From Octopus vulgaris (taxonomy: Eukaryota): 64,000 bases of DNA. A program made the position numbers and the translations under genes. Below are positions 41,550 through 55,780 of the stretch, piece after piece (the first letter of the stretch is position 1; the number at the start of each line of letters is the position of its first letter). The stretch is taken from positions 11,532,001 to 11,596,000 of the forward strand of contig OX597836.1 of the NCBI GenBank assembly GCA_951406725.2, given 5' to 3'. Below the pieces are notes generated by a model, which searched no databases, was not told where the DNA came from, and saw only the letters and a program-made list of their open reading frames with translations.

Positions 41550-41732
41550 AACAAAGTCAAAATGCGATAAAATAAAATAAATAATTATCGCTGGTGATCT
41601 AGCACAGGCCATATATTATTCATATATTATATTATTCATATAATATACATATATTATATATGTATATATATATATGTATATATATATGTATATATATGTA
41701 TATATATATGTATATATATCTATATCTATTTA

Positions 41733-41787
<55 letters not shown>

Positions 41788-42653
41788 GTATATATATATA
41801 TGTATATATATATATCATTATACTATTTCTTAACCTCAGTCGGTGAGCCATAACCAAACTATGCTGTTTCCATAACAATGTGCATATATGACAGAAGATA
41901 AGAAAGATGTAAGACACACACTGAAAATAAAAAAATGAAAGACACCAGAAGACAATAAAACAAATCCACCCCACCACTCGTCTCGCACCTCAACCCCACC
42001 CACCTCCCAACACCCGAGAAAAAAAGAAAAAGATATCTTTTCCTTCACCTTTTGTCTACCGTATTATATTCCTATGTGGCAAAAAAAAAAAAAATAATAA
42101 TAATTTTTTTTTTCTACCTAAATTATTGAATCTTCACCAAAAACAGATTTATCTTTGATGCCGAGCTGCTGAGATTTTTAAGAAGTTTTTCTTCTTCAAA
42201 CATAAACAGTTAGAAATTTCACCACAATTGATATTCGCGTAGATTTATTTATTAAACATTATTTTTTACGTAAAGTCAAACAATGTCGTGTGCATGACGT
42301 TGTTATTTGACTTGTTCTGTGTTTGTTTGTTTGTTTCTATTGAGTTTTTTTTCTTAGTTTTTCTTTGTTTTCTTTGTTTTGTTTTTGACGGTTAATAACT
42401 TCGACACGTATGGCAGACATATTGTTATAGACGTTGTATCCATTCGTCTATCTTTTTATTTCTGCCTTCGTGTAAATAATGTGTGTTTGCTTCTGTAAAT
42501 GAATATATACATGTAAACGTGCGTATGTATGTCTGTACGCTGGGTTTGAAAGTTTGGCCGTGTGTGTATACATGTATGTGTGTGTATCTGTAAGTGTGTT
42601 TGTATATATATATATATATATATGTATGTATATATATATATATATATACATAC

Positions 42654-42687
<34 letters not shown>

Positions 42688-42825
42688 GTACATATATATG
42701 CATATATATGCATATATATGCGTGTGTGTGTATATATATATAATTATTTGCATATATAAATGTATGTCTTTGTATATGTACAGGTGTGTATACACCTTTG
42801 AACGTATATATGCATGTATATAAAC

Positions 42826-42864
<39 letters not shown>

Positions 42865-43760
42865 TATATTTATTTATTATTGTACTCATATATGTTTGCG
42901 CATGTATATGTATACGTGAATATATATATATGTGTGTGTGTGTGTGTGTTTGTGTGTATGTATGTATGTATGTATGTATGTATATGTGTGTGTGTGTGTT
43001 TCACTGTGTCTGTTATTTATCGATTCGTCTGTTCTCAATGCTCCTTCTTCCCCCACCACCACCACCACCACCTCCACCATTACAACCATGCGATATCTCT
43101 ATTGCAATGGTCATAATTTAGTTTGCGTTTCATTCAGAAACAAAACTCTAAAAAAAACAAAAAAAAACAAAAAAACAAAAAAACAAACAAAAATTAAAAA
43201 GTAGACGTAATTTGGTGTTGATTTGTTTTTATTTATATTTTTTCAAAAAATTAAAAAAAAAAACCCCAAAAAAAGCAAATGCGTTTTTTCCTATTTTCCT
43301 CTGATTATATTTGCTGTTGCCGCTCTTGCTATTGTTGTTGTTGTCGTTTATATTTTGCGTGTATGTGTGTATGTGTGTGTGTGTGTCAGTGTTTGTTATT
43401 CCATTTGACTGACGACGTTTCTCACATCTGCGCCTCGCCTATAACACGCAGACGACACCCGAATACATTTTGTTATCTTCGCTCTGGAAATATGCGCTAA
43501 CAACGTTATAATCTAGACAGCTACTTCATTTTAATTTCACGTCGCCAGAGCATCGTCATCATCATCATCATTATGAACATCATCACTATCATGTGCTGTC
43601 ATCATCATTATCATCATCATCATCGACATCATCGTCATCACCCACCGTATAATGATGGTGATGATGATGATGTATTTCTCCATAGTTTCATGCAAATTTT
43701 ACTCTGTGACATTGTGTATATCTGTGCGTGCATACATATGTATATGTATATGTGTATGGA

Positions 43761-43811
<51 letters not shown>

Positions 43812-44067
43812 GCGAGTATGTGTGTGAGTATATATATATATGTAAGTATATATGTATATATATGTATATATATGTGTGTGTGTGTGTGTGAATATGTATG
43901 TATGTATATATGTACATGTATGCAAGTATGCATATATGTATGTATAATGTATATATGTATGTACGTATCTGTATATGTGTGTATATATGTGTGTGTGTGT
44001 GTGTGTGAATATTTATATATATACATATAAATATGTACATATGTACATATAAATGTATGTATATATG

Positions 44068-44125
<58 letters not shown>

Positions 44126-44829
44126 TAAATATGTACATGTATGCATGTATGCATATATGTATGTATAATCTATATATGTATGTACGTATCCGTATATGTG
44201 TGTGTCTATATATATATGTGTCTCTGTGTATCTGCGTGTATCTGTGTGTATACACAAATATATATACACACACAAACATAGAATGCGTGTATACTCCATT
44301 GTTTTGCTGGTTAAGAGACAATAACATTACTAATTTACTGCGGCATTATCATTCTGCTTTCATTGTTCACTGGTTATTATCAAGTTATTTCCAGCATTAA
44401 TAATGTTCGCGTGATATCTAAGACCTGGAAGCTTACTGCGTAAGGCGAGGGCAATGTTTTATGGCGGCTAATGTCAGTTGGAAGAGCAGCGTTGGCTTTT
44501 AATAGGTCTGGAATATTAATTGAACTTCGGTTGTTGGTCCTATTGTTGCTGATGTTATGGCTGTCGTCGTCGCTGTTGCTGTGACTTTTGTTTGTTTGTT
44601 GGGGTTGTTGTCTTTGTTGTTTTTGTTGTTTGTCTTTCTTGAGGGTTTTTTTTTTTTTGTTTTTGTTGTCGTTACTATTGAGGCGATCAGCTGGCAGAAT
44701 CGTTAACACGTCGGACGACGTACCGGGCGGCATTTCTTCCGGTTCGTTATGTTCTGAGTACAATATGGCTGACCTTGAGTCAATATTAGAAAGAATTGTC
44801 GTTATTGTCGTATGTGTTATTGTTGTTAT

Positions 44830-46038
44830 GGCGGCGAGCTGACAGGATCGTTAGCACGCCGAGCGAAATGCTTAGCGGTATTTCGTCTGCCGTTACGTTC
44901 TGAGTTCAAATTCCGCCGAGGTCGACTTTGCCTTTCATCATTTCGGGGTCAATAAATTAAGTACCAGTTACGCACTGGGGTCGATGTAATTGACTTAATC
45001 CGTTTGTCTGTCCTTGTTTGTCCTCTCTGTGTTTAGCCCCTTGTGGGTAGTAAAGAAATAGGTATTTCGTCTGCCGCTACGTTCTGTGTTCGAATTCCGA
45101 CGCGGTCGACTGTGTCTTTCATCATTTCGGGGTCGATAAATTAAGTACCAGTTACGCACTGGGGTCGATGTAATCGACTTAATCCGTTTGTCTGTCCTTG
45201 TTTGTCTCCTCTATGTTTAGATCCTTGTGGGCTATAAAGAAAAAAGAAACATTAGCACGCCGGGCGAAATGCTTAGCGGTATTTCGTCTGCCGTTACGCT
45301 CTGAGTTCAAATTCCGCCGAGGTCGAATTTGCCTTTCATCATTTCGGGGGCGATAAATTAAGTACCAGTTACGCACTGGAGTCGGTGTAATCGACTTAAT
45401 CCCTTTGTCTGTCCTTGTTTGTCTTCTCTGTGTTTAGCCCCTTGTGGGTAGTAAAGAAATAGGTATTTCGTCTGCCGTTACGCTCTGAGTTCAAATTCCG
45501 CCGAGGTCGACTTTGCCTTTCATCATTTCGGGGGCGATAAATTAAGTACCAGTTATGCACTGGGGTCGATACAATCGACTTAATCCGTTTGTCTGTCCTT
45601 GTTTGTCTCCTCTGTGTTTAGCCCCTTGTGTGTAGTAAAGAAATAGGTATTTCGTCTGTCTTTACATTCTGAGTTCAAATTCTGCCGCAGTCGACTTTGC
45701 CTTTCACCTTTTCGGGGTCGATAAATTAAGTACCAGTTACGCACTGGGATTGATGTAATCGACTTAATCTCTTTGTTTGTCCTTGTTTGTCCCCTCTGTT
45801 TAGCCCCTTGTGGGCAATAAACAAATAAGAAACATTAGCACACCGGGCAAAATGCTTAGCGGTATTTCGTCTGCCGTTACGTTCTAAGTTCAAATTCCGC
45901 CGCAGTCGACTTTGCTTTCACCTTTTCTGGGTCGATAAATTAAGTACGAGTGGAACACTGGAGTCGATGCAATCGACTACTGCCCTCCCCACAAAATTTC
46001 AAGCTTTGTGCCTTTAGAAGAAACGATTATTATTATTG
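44830..46038 (+). mobile_element. SINE-B head-to-tail hexamer
   Basis: Units start at 44830, 45061, ~45245, 45462, 45646 and ~45828. The last unit ends in tail B2 plus (ATT)n. Confidence 0.93.
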
Positions 46039-46451
46039 CTGTTGCTGTTGTTGTTGTGGTGGTAGTGGTGGTGGTGGCGGTGGTTGGTTTTGTTAAGACA
46101 TCTGGGACGGCAGAACCGTTGGAGCGTGAAACAAAATGCTTTCCTTTATTTGTTCCGGTCCTTTACGTTCTGTGTTTTGCATCCCGCTGAGGTCCACTTT
46201 GCTTTTCAGAATCAATAAAATAAATTCCCAATCCAGTCCTGGGGATCGATCGTATCGATTTATTCGCTTTACGGCAGAATTTCCTCGAATCAAAGCGGTC
46301 TCTCTTTAATTGTCCAAGAAGACACTGCTTACAAAATCTATTATAATTAGCGAGCTTAAGTTAATTAGATCGAGGAATTTGCATGCGTAACGCGTTCTTG
46401 CCTGCTAGATTGATTAAATCATTGATGCGCTGACAGTGTTCAAATCTATGT

Positions 46452-46546
46452 TATCATCCTCATCCTCATCATCATCACCATCGTCATCATCATCATCATC
46501 ATCACCATCGTCATCACCATCGTCATCATCATCCTCATCATCATCG

Positions 46547-46594
<48 letters not shown>

Positions 46595-46606
46595 CCATCA
46601 TCATCG

Positions 46607-46639
<33 letters not shown>

Positions 46640-46651
46640 CCATCATCATCG

Positions 46652-46709
<58 letters not shown>

Positions 46710-47040
46710 ACGTCCGTTTTCCATGCCGACATGGGTTGGACGGTTTCACAGGAACTGACCAGCAGCTGAGGCGCTGTTCAGGCTCCATGTCTCTTCTGGC
46801 ATGGTTTCCATGGTTGGATGCCCTTCCTAACGCCAACCACTATATAGAGTGTACTTGATGACTTTACGCAGCACCGTCGCGAGTGCTTTTAACGTGGTAT
46901 CAGAACCTACGGACCCGCAAGATTAGGGATGCTCAGCTGAAGAGGGTTGCAGGGGACGAGAGTGTATGCAAGGGCAACCACGCCTTTACTTAGCTTGACG
47001 AGACTTTTCAAGTACAGCAAACCGCCGGAGTCTCAAAAAT
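46452..47040 (-). mobile_element. RTE-related non-LTR 3' end with an expanded (GAT)n tail
   Basis: Minus strand: ggttggcgttaggaagggcatccaacc...ccgtccaacccatgtcggcatggaaaacggacgta, then ~255 bp of (GAT)n. RTE assignment is from recalled motif similarity. Confidence 0.6.
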
Positions 47041-47387
47041 CTTTGTAAGGTTTACTGAGAAATCAATCTCAAACCAGATTCCTGCAATATGTGTATATTT
47101 TTATTCATGCGGAAACATGTCTTGCTAGATTACAGTGTAAGAAGTTTAATGGCTGGTTATTTTTGGCTTTAGATTTTGGCACAAGGGCAGAAAATTGTGG
47201 GATGGGGTAAATCGATTATATTAACCCAGTGTTCAACAAGTACTTATTTTAACGAGGTCCGAAAGTTGGCCCCAGTGACATTTGAACTCGGAGCACACAG
47301 TCGGAAGAAATGCCATTAATGTTTTTATCTGTCGTGGTATGGATTCCGTCAGTTCCACACCTTAGAGTGGATGGTAATATTAAGAAT

Positions 47388-47617
47388 AAAAAGAGCACTC
47401 AGTGAGCGCAAACCTCCGCCAATGCTACAGCAACGTCCCCTCAACGATTAGCCAGAGATGATTCTTAAAATGAGAATATCTGAAATATATTCGACTGCTC
47501 TCACAAACGCGAATACTAAAAATGAACCAGATCGCTCTCAAAAATTAAATAAAAATACTGGAAAAATAATCCAGAATCCCTGTCCAGTACCAGATCGATC
47601 GCAAAATCTAATCAATC
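47388..47617. mobile_element. Helentron/HINE-like non-autonomous fragment
   Basis: aagagcactcagtgagcgcaaacctccgcc...aaaaataatccagaatcc...ccagatcgatcgcaaaatctaatca resembles widespread HINE-type elements. Truncated by a SINE-B piece. Confidence 0.5.
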
Positions 47618-47619
47618 GG

Positions 47620-47742
47620 TGGAATTTGAACTCGGAACGTAACGGCAGACGAAATACCTATTTCTTTGCTACCCACAAAGGGCTAAACATAGAGGGGGAA
47701 AAACAAGGACAGACAAACGGATTAAGTCGATTACATCGACTA
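47620..47742 (-). mobile_element. SINE-B multimer junction fragment
   Basis: Minus strand ...gtgggtagcaaagaaata|ggtatttcgtctgccgttacg: the same junction as at 45061. Confidence 0.85.
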
Positions 47743-47903
47743 AATAAGTACTGGTACTAAATAAGTACCAGTAAAATAATGGGTCGATACAATCAACTAG
47801 CCCCCTCCCTCAAAACTTCAGACCCTCTACCTATTGTAGAAAGGCTTCTTATAATTACTTTCTTACTATATTTTGCACAGACATATCCTTATGTATCAGA
47901 TTA

Positions 47904-47939
<36 letters not shown>

Positions 47940-48056
47940 TTTTTTGTATATACATATATATGTATATATATATATATATATATGTATACGTCTATCTATG
48001 TATACATATATATATGCATATATATGTATATCTGTATATCTATCTATCTATCTATC

Positions 48057-48156
<100 letters not shown>

Positions 48157-49053
48157 TACGTTGAGAGTGAGCGTTTCCCTGCGTGTGAAACATTTGTGAT
48201 CGTTAGAAAAGTATAGAATATTAAACTCACAAGTATAATATATTTGCATTTATTATATCCACATGGGAGGATATTGGATAGACACTGTTTCATAAATATA
48301 TATTTCATATTGAAACATGTTGTTAAGTTGATGAGATATAAGAGAAACACATACCACTCTACCTGCGGCCAAATGTCAACGAAAGAATTATATACTACCT
48401 TAGATATACTACCTAGAAAATATATAATATAAAAATACATGGTAGAATCATCTACTAATCAATTTTTGACAGTGTTACTACGTCTTTTTTTCTTTATTGC
48501 ACAAGAATCTAGAAATTGTTGCCTTTTTTTCTTCTTTTTTGTTCTCTTTTATGACAATGGTATCCACGTTCTTTTTTTTTCTTTTTCCGTGTCTGATTGG
48601 ATGAAAAAAAAGAAATAATATACTCGAGGAAAAAGTTCATTTCCATGGTATGTAATATGAGCTACATTTTTCTCAGGTAACATTACTGCTTATTGCAAAT
48701 TATACCTATTTTACACGAGATATTTTCTGTGTTATACTTCCCTGTAGGATCATTATTCCAACAAGAGCGTTACCATGAAAATAGAAAACACAGCCGACAG
48801 CGACTTAATTATCTGAATTCAATTGACGCTAAGTATTAGCTTCTATGACACGGTACAAGTTTTTCATCTTGCGCTGGTTTCATGATAAGGAAAAATGGTA
48901 TGAACTTGTAGGAGACACTTGAGATAGGCGAAGCAAATAAAGAAGTATTTTTATATACGTGAAACTGATGGAAGTTCTGATTACTACAGTTCTTCACTTC
49001 CGCCGTCAGTCAATTTTTATAACTACTGTAGTATGAGCAATATATAGAGAGAG

Positions 49054-49088
<35 letters not shown>

Positions 49089-49338
49089 ATTTTCACTTTT
49101 CTCTTTCGCTTTTGGACACGAAATAATACTAAGAATAGTTCAATATTGTTTGACACTTATTAGATATGTGTTCTCTTCGATCAGAACGAGAATGAAACTC
49201 AACAATATGACAGAAGCAAACATTGATATGTTGGAACATTTACGTGAGAAGGGTCGGAGGATTTGACGCAATACATAGAATAAAACATTCGTTGTTCCCC
49301 AGCGAAACATTCAGATAGATAATACTGTGTGTAGGTAT

Positions 49339-49422
<84 letters not shown>

Positions 49423-49605
49423 TTTTATAGTGATTTATGGTATCTTGTTCAAGTTGGAGACGAACAGCTGCTTCCCAAGGTGCGGGTTTTGAATAATTGG
49501 CGAGAGATATCTCTCTCAACCTGAAACCAATGGTAATCTGATAGAAACAATTTATCCATCATTGCGAGTATTGAACACTCATTCTCACTGTTAGATATTA
49601 CATAA

Positions 49606-51085
49606 TATATATATATATATAAAACTGAGAATGTGTGTCTGTCTGTCTGTGCGTTTCCCTAAAACTTGAAAACTACACAACCAATTTCATTCAAATTTTA
49701 CACATGCCTTACTTAGGGCCCATGTAGTTTCATGGGCAAAAAAAATGTTCAACTTCTTGCCTAGAGCGAGCCCATAGCAATATCATACCTTCTCTATTGT
49801 ATGTCAGGTGCTTTCACTTTAACAATAAAAATAATAATAACAATTGAATTATATGTAGTAAGTAATAATTAAAATCAAACTAAAGTATAATATAATCGTA
49901 ACATAACAAAAGTAAAAATAGCAATTGGTATAAAATTGCATCAATGACTTGAACTTGAATCAGTGGTTGAATGAGAATAAATTAAAAATGAAATTAGCGT
50001 GCAAAAATGGGATAGTCCAGATGGAGCTGTGCTTTTACCTTAGATTATCTGCTAATCAGCTAGCATTAAGTATCTATATGAAGTTTGGCTGTATGTAATA
50101 TCTGTTTTCTCGAACAGCCGCTCCTGTTGGTTTATTTCTTATACATAAAGGACTAAAGCTTCAACTGCTTACTGCTTTCTGGCTCATTGTAAGGTTTGTT
50201 ATTATTATTACTGTTTAACTATTGTTATCACGTTTGTTGGTTCCTCGTAAAGGAAACATTGTTGTGTTGCACTTGTTAAATAATTGTAAACTGTAACCCT
50301 CCCGCTTTGGGAGAAGGAGCTTTGGTTATTGTTTAAAAATTGAATTGTGTCCCTCTTTGGGGAAATTGACAATATTTTCACCGTTTACACGGAAGCATTT
50401 TTGTTAGAATGCCTTCGATAGAAGAAAGTCCAAAAATGAATTTCGCTGCAGCCGTCGGTGGGCGCGAACTCATTGAAATTAAAATGGAAGAAATACGGAT
50501 TGATCATCGACAAAGACGGTGAATCTAGGATAACACCACCAAACGAAATAAAAAATTAAATTAAAGAAAAGACTATTGTCTATAAAGTATACAATGTAGA
50601 GAAGAAAAAAAGATTTGAACACCTGGAGGAAAGCACCATCGAAAAGTGTCTTGGTGCGACTATGAAAGATATCTAACTAGAGGCAGTAAATTCGCCACAA
50701 TAGAAGCAAGGTTCGAGTCAACGGAGCGTGCAAGGGAGTACTCGACTCGAACCTTGCAAAGTGGAAATATTTTATTTTTACCTTTATATCTGGGACGTAG
50801 GACGTCCCGGATAAAAATTTAAAATGTCCCCCAAGAAGTAGAGGTAGGCTGGATTGTAGCAACACTTCTATACAAGAGGAAGGGAAAGATACAATTGATC
50901 GAAATTGCAAGAGACGGGCCTACAATTCCAGACTGTTATATATTTTGAGTATTGTTATCACTATCGATATCAAGATATAACTTTGTATTTTATGCGTAGA
51001 TGTATATATATAGATGTACATGTAATATGTACAAATATATACATGCACTAGCACCGTGACCCGGCAACGACGTGTCATAATGCTA

Positions 51086-51086
<1 letters not shown>
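49606..51086 (+). mobile_element. Non-autonomous Helitron, ~1.48 kb
   Basis: 5' tatatataaaactgagaatgtgtgtctgtctgtctgt...caaccaatttcattcaaatttt. 3' subterminal hairpin tgacccggcaacgacgtgtca followed by CTAG|T. Linkage of the two ends is inferred. Confidence 0.7.
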
Positions 51087-51173
<87 letters not shown>

Positions 51174-51190
51174 TATATATATATATATAT

Positions 51191-51320
51191 CACTTGATCC
51201 AGAGACAGAGAAACAATCCATGTAGTGGAAAACGGTCTTTGCTCACCTGCTCCAAAGAGGGCCAAGGTATTTTTCAATTACAGGGAAGATGATGGTCTCA
51301 GGTTCTTTTTTTGCGGTGGG
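51191..51320 (+). pseudogene. Mariner transposase internal fragment (irritans-like)
   Basis: Frameshifted LDPETEKQSM*WK..SPAPKRAKV..GKMMVS matches the mariner DPETKxQSxxW...PKKAK....GKVMxxVFW region. Confidence 0.75.
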
Positions 51321-51359
51321 GGGGGGGCGATGGAAAAAGCACTGTGCTTATTGATTATT

Positions 51360-51800
51360 GAAGGAAGAAAAAGAAAGAGAAGATGAAGAGAATTGAAGAA
51401 GAATGGAAGAAGAATTGAAGAAGATGAAGAGAATTAAAGAATTGAAGGAGAAGAAGAAGAAGAAGAAGAAGAAGAAGAAGAAGAAGGAGGAGGAGGAGGA
51501 GGAGGAGGAGGAGAGGAGGAGGAGGAGGAGAAGAAGAAGAAGAAGAAGAAGAAGAAGAAGAGAATCGAAGAGAAGAAGAAGAAGAAGAAGAAGAAGAAGA
51601 AGAAGAGAAGAAGAAGAAGAAGAAGAAGAAGAAGAAGAAGAGAATCGAAGAGAAGAAGAAGAAGAAGAAGAAGAAGAAGAAGAAGAAGAAGAAGAGAAGA
51701 AGAGAAGAAGAAGAAGAAGAAGAGAATCGAAGAAAAGAAGAAGAAGAAGAAGAACAGCAACAAGAATTGGAAAAGAAGAAGAATTGGAAAAGAAGAATAA
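51360..51800. repeat. Polypurine (GAA)n/(GGA)n array, ~440 bp
   Basis: Directly visible. The interruption agaatcgaag recurs three times. Confidence 0.95.
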
Positions 51801-52168
51801 TTGAAGCAGGAGGATAGAAAAGGAGCAGTAAACGGAAAACTAGCAACAGCGGAAAGTGGATGAACAACTGCAGTAACAAGAGGAACACCAATAAAAAATA
51901 GCGAAAATACTTTAAGCGACCATTATAGTAATAATAATTATTATTGGAAAGTGCAAATCTCCAAAACCGATAGATCCAGCTGAAAATGCAATAAAGAACT
52001 GGAATGAACTAAATTCTAACAAATAAACTCCTTCAACTTAAACTTGATGTTTTATTATTACAAGAATCCTAATTACTTCATTAAGACTTGCTAATTATTT
52101 ATCAGCTAACAGATTTTTCAAAACATAATTATCTTGCCGCGCAATACTCATCGTTAGCTTCCTTGTTC

Positions 52169-52213
<45 letters not shown>

Positions 52214-52454
52214 TCTCTGTTATTCTTCTTCTCTTCCTACGTCTCTCTCTCTCTCTTTCCCTTGTCTCCTCTTCCTATCTCTCTCTCTTTCTCTTATCTC
52301 CTCTTCCTACGTCTCTCTCTATCTTTCTCTTGCCCCCTCTTCCTACCCTCTCTCTTTCTCACTCTCTTTCTCTTGTCTCCTCTTCCTACGTTTCTTGTAG
52401 TCTTCTTTTTTATCTTTACTTTCCTCTCTCTCCCAATTTCTTATTGCTTCTGTG

Positions 52455-52583
<129 letters not shown>

Positions 52584-52903
52584 GTATGTATATTGGGTTG
52601 TGGGGGGATGGTCTCTTTTGCCCTTCATTGTTTTCCGTTCTTCAAATTTTCCTAAATTCTCCACAATCGAACTTCTTCATCTCCTTCTCATTCTCATGCC
52701 CCCTCCTCATCCTCATCCTCCCCGTCATCATCATCATCTCCATCATCACCATCATCCTACTGCAGTCCTTATTGCATTTAACTCTTGTTCGATACATTGC
52801 TGGGTGTAGATATTGGTTTTTGATTGTGTGCGGAATGGTGTTGTGTGTGTGTGGTATGGTGGTGGTGGTGTGTATATGTGGTATGGTGGTGGTGGTGGTG
52901 GTG

Positions 52904-52936
<33 letters not shown>

Positions 52937-53087
52937 TGTGTGTGTGTGTATGTGTGTGTGCGTTAGAAAACGGCAGAATTAAGTTTTGCAGGATTCAGCT
53001 GTGGGTGCCTACAGTAGAAAGGATTATTTGGCTATCACATGATATCCTACAGAAGGGTATATACAAGGGCTGCATGTATATGAGGAA

Positions 53088-53690
53088 CTCTTTTATATTT
53101 TACTGCTTTCAGCCAGAGTCTGGGGCCGTGCTGGAGTACTGCCTTTCAATGTGTTTGAGTCTTTCTTTTTTTTCCTGTACTGTCTTGGAGAAGTAGAGAA
53201 CTGGACAGATCTGCCCTTCTTTGTACCTCCTGCTGTGATTTGCGCTCATCTGGTATTTCAGACAAGAATTTTTCCAGTCGCTCTTTGAAGACCTCCACAT
53301 CGACATCTTGCAAATCTGAGAGGATTTTGGACAGAATGTAAGAACTAGTTTTGTAAGAGCTTTCTTGCACGTCTTTAATAGAACGGCAGGAAACCCTTCA
53401 GGGCCGATTGTTGAGTTCCGGTTCATCTCATCAGTGGCCGATATTACATCTTTCTCTATTCAATCGATGTAATCGACGGTTGCCTCTTCCCCATGTAGAG
53501 CTGCAGTACCAAAAAACTCTTCAGGTTTGCTTATTTCCATGCTTACCAATGAAGAGGTGAAAAGACTTTGGAACAGTCTACTTAGCACTTTAGTTATCCT
53601 CCTGAAGTTAACAGTTAGTGAGTCCTGTTCCTGAAATATTGACCCTGTCTTAGAATGAAAGAGAGCAGATTCTTTCGCAAACGTGTATAA
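53088..53690 (-). mobile_element. Internally deleted CR1-type LINE (pre-RT region fused to ORF2 C-terminus + 3' tail)
   Basis: ...LFQSLFT...DEMNRNSTIGPEGFPAVLLKTCKKAL (GPDG motif preceding the RT domain) is joined near 53345 to ILSKILSDLQDVDVEVFKERLEKFLSEIPDE...RRADLSSSLL (CR1-like C-terminus). Confidence 0.8.
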
Positions 53691-53820
53691 AATATATGAT
53701 ATAATTACATATATATTATATATTATATATTATAAAGTATACATGTATATATATAGATATAGATAGATAGATAGTATCATATGTACACACAGACACACAC
53801 ACACATATATATATATATAT

Positions 53821-54225
53821 ACTCTTTTACTCTTTTACTTGTTTCAGTCATTTGACTGCGGCCATGCTGGAGCACCGCCTTTAATCGAGCAACTCGACCC
53901 CGGGACTTATTCTTTTGTAAGTCCAGTACTTATTCTATCGGTCTCTAAGTAACGCTAAGTAACGTGGACATAAACGCACCAGCATCGGTTGTCAAGCAAT
54001 GCTAGGGGGACAAACACAGACACACAAACACACACACACATACATATATATATACATATATACGACAGGCTTCTTTCAGTTTCCGTTTACCAAATCCACT
54101 CACAAGGCATTGGTCGGCCCGGGGCTATAGCAGAAGACACTTGCCCAAGATGCCACGCAGTGGGACTGAACCCGGAACCATGTGGTTGGTTAGCAAGCTA
54201 CTTACCACACAGCCACTCCTGCGCC
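53821..54225 (-). mobile_element. SINE-A, full length, within (TA)n
   Basis: Complete head (ggcgcaggagtggc) and (gagtaaaa)n tail. Confidence 0.93.
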
Positions 54226-54238
54226 TATATATATATAT

Positions 54239-54366
<128 letters not shown>

Positions 54367-54561
54367 AGACAAACACATACACACGTATAGTTACCACGTC
54401 TGATATAAAATATTGAATCGAAAACGTATATCGTCTCCATTAATTATATTATTTCCGTAAATCGAAGTTCATGCGTTGCTGGCGACGATGCACCGATAGA
54501 CACTGTCAATGGAAGAGATTCGCAATCCCGAGCGCAGACCGCACTGTCGTTGTGTGTGTGT

Positions 54562-54631
<70 letters not shown>

Positions 54632-54851
54632 TTCGATCGAATTTTGGAGTAGTTTATAGTAACGGAAAACAAATATATATATCTTTCCGATTTCTACCTC
54701 TATACATGTATATGTACACACACATACACACCCCGCGCGCGCTTCTGAAAATACACCCAGGGAGTCACACACACACATATATGTATGTATATATACACAA
54801 ACATACATATCTATATATATGTATGTATATATTATATATATATATTTATAT

Positions 54852-54897
<46 letters not shown>

Positions 54898-54913
54898 CGG
54901 TCTATCTATCTAC

Positions 54914-54980
<67 letters not shown>

Positions 54981-55028
54981 TAGGTAGATAGATAAATAGA
55001 TAGATAATTAGATAGAAAGGCAGACATA

Positions 55029-55066
<38 letters not shown>

Positions 55067-55075
55067 CATACACAC

Positions 55076-55147
<72 letters not shown>

Positions 55148-55780
55148 ATAGAGAGACTTATAGGTGCATACATACATACATATTTACACCCATACATATA
55201 AATGTATGGGTGTCTTATATTCAATTAGATCGTAAGAACGACACCTGACTTTTCCTTCTCTTCTTCTTTTTTTGTCTTCTTCTTCTCTCTTCGAACAGAC
55301 AAAGTATTCTTGCAGTGGAAATAGCGAAAGTTAACCAACCGTGCATTAGCACTCCGCGCACTCTAATCAGTACGGATGTGAAAGCGTATCCTAAGGCACT
55401 CTACGCCAAAGAAATACTCGTCAATTATCAATTATACACTCACCACCGGCTACAGAAGTGATTTGCATCACTCCATCCCCCTTTTCCCCCATCCCTTTCT
55501 GTCTCTCACTACTCTCTCAGCATTCTCTGTCTCTCTGTCTGTCTGTTTGTCTCTCTCTCTCTCTCTCTCTCTCTCTTCATGTGTCACTCCTGTTTTACAG
55601 ACGTCGGCGATTATGGACTGCTATGCTAAAATCTGTCTATATATTTTCTAATTTCTTCGAGAAGATGCTATGCAGTGTGTTCGGGATAAATTTGACAGTT
55701 TGCATAATAAGGGAAGGAAGACACAGCATCCCACACGAAAAGAAAAGTATTTTACAAATCAAAAAGAAAAAAATATTAAC

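Noticed and set aside
48665-48900. Plus-strand AG|GT recursive-splice-like site and a 150-nt exon-like segment
   Set aside because: Stops in all frames, short pyrimidine tracts, and expected by chance.
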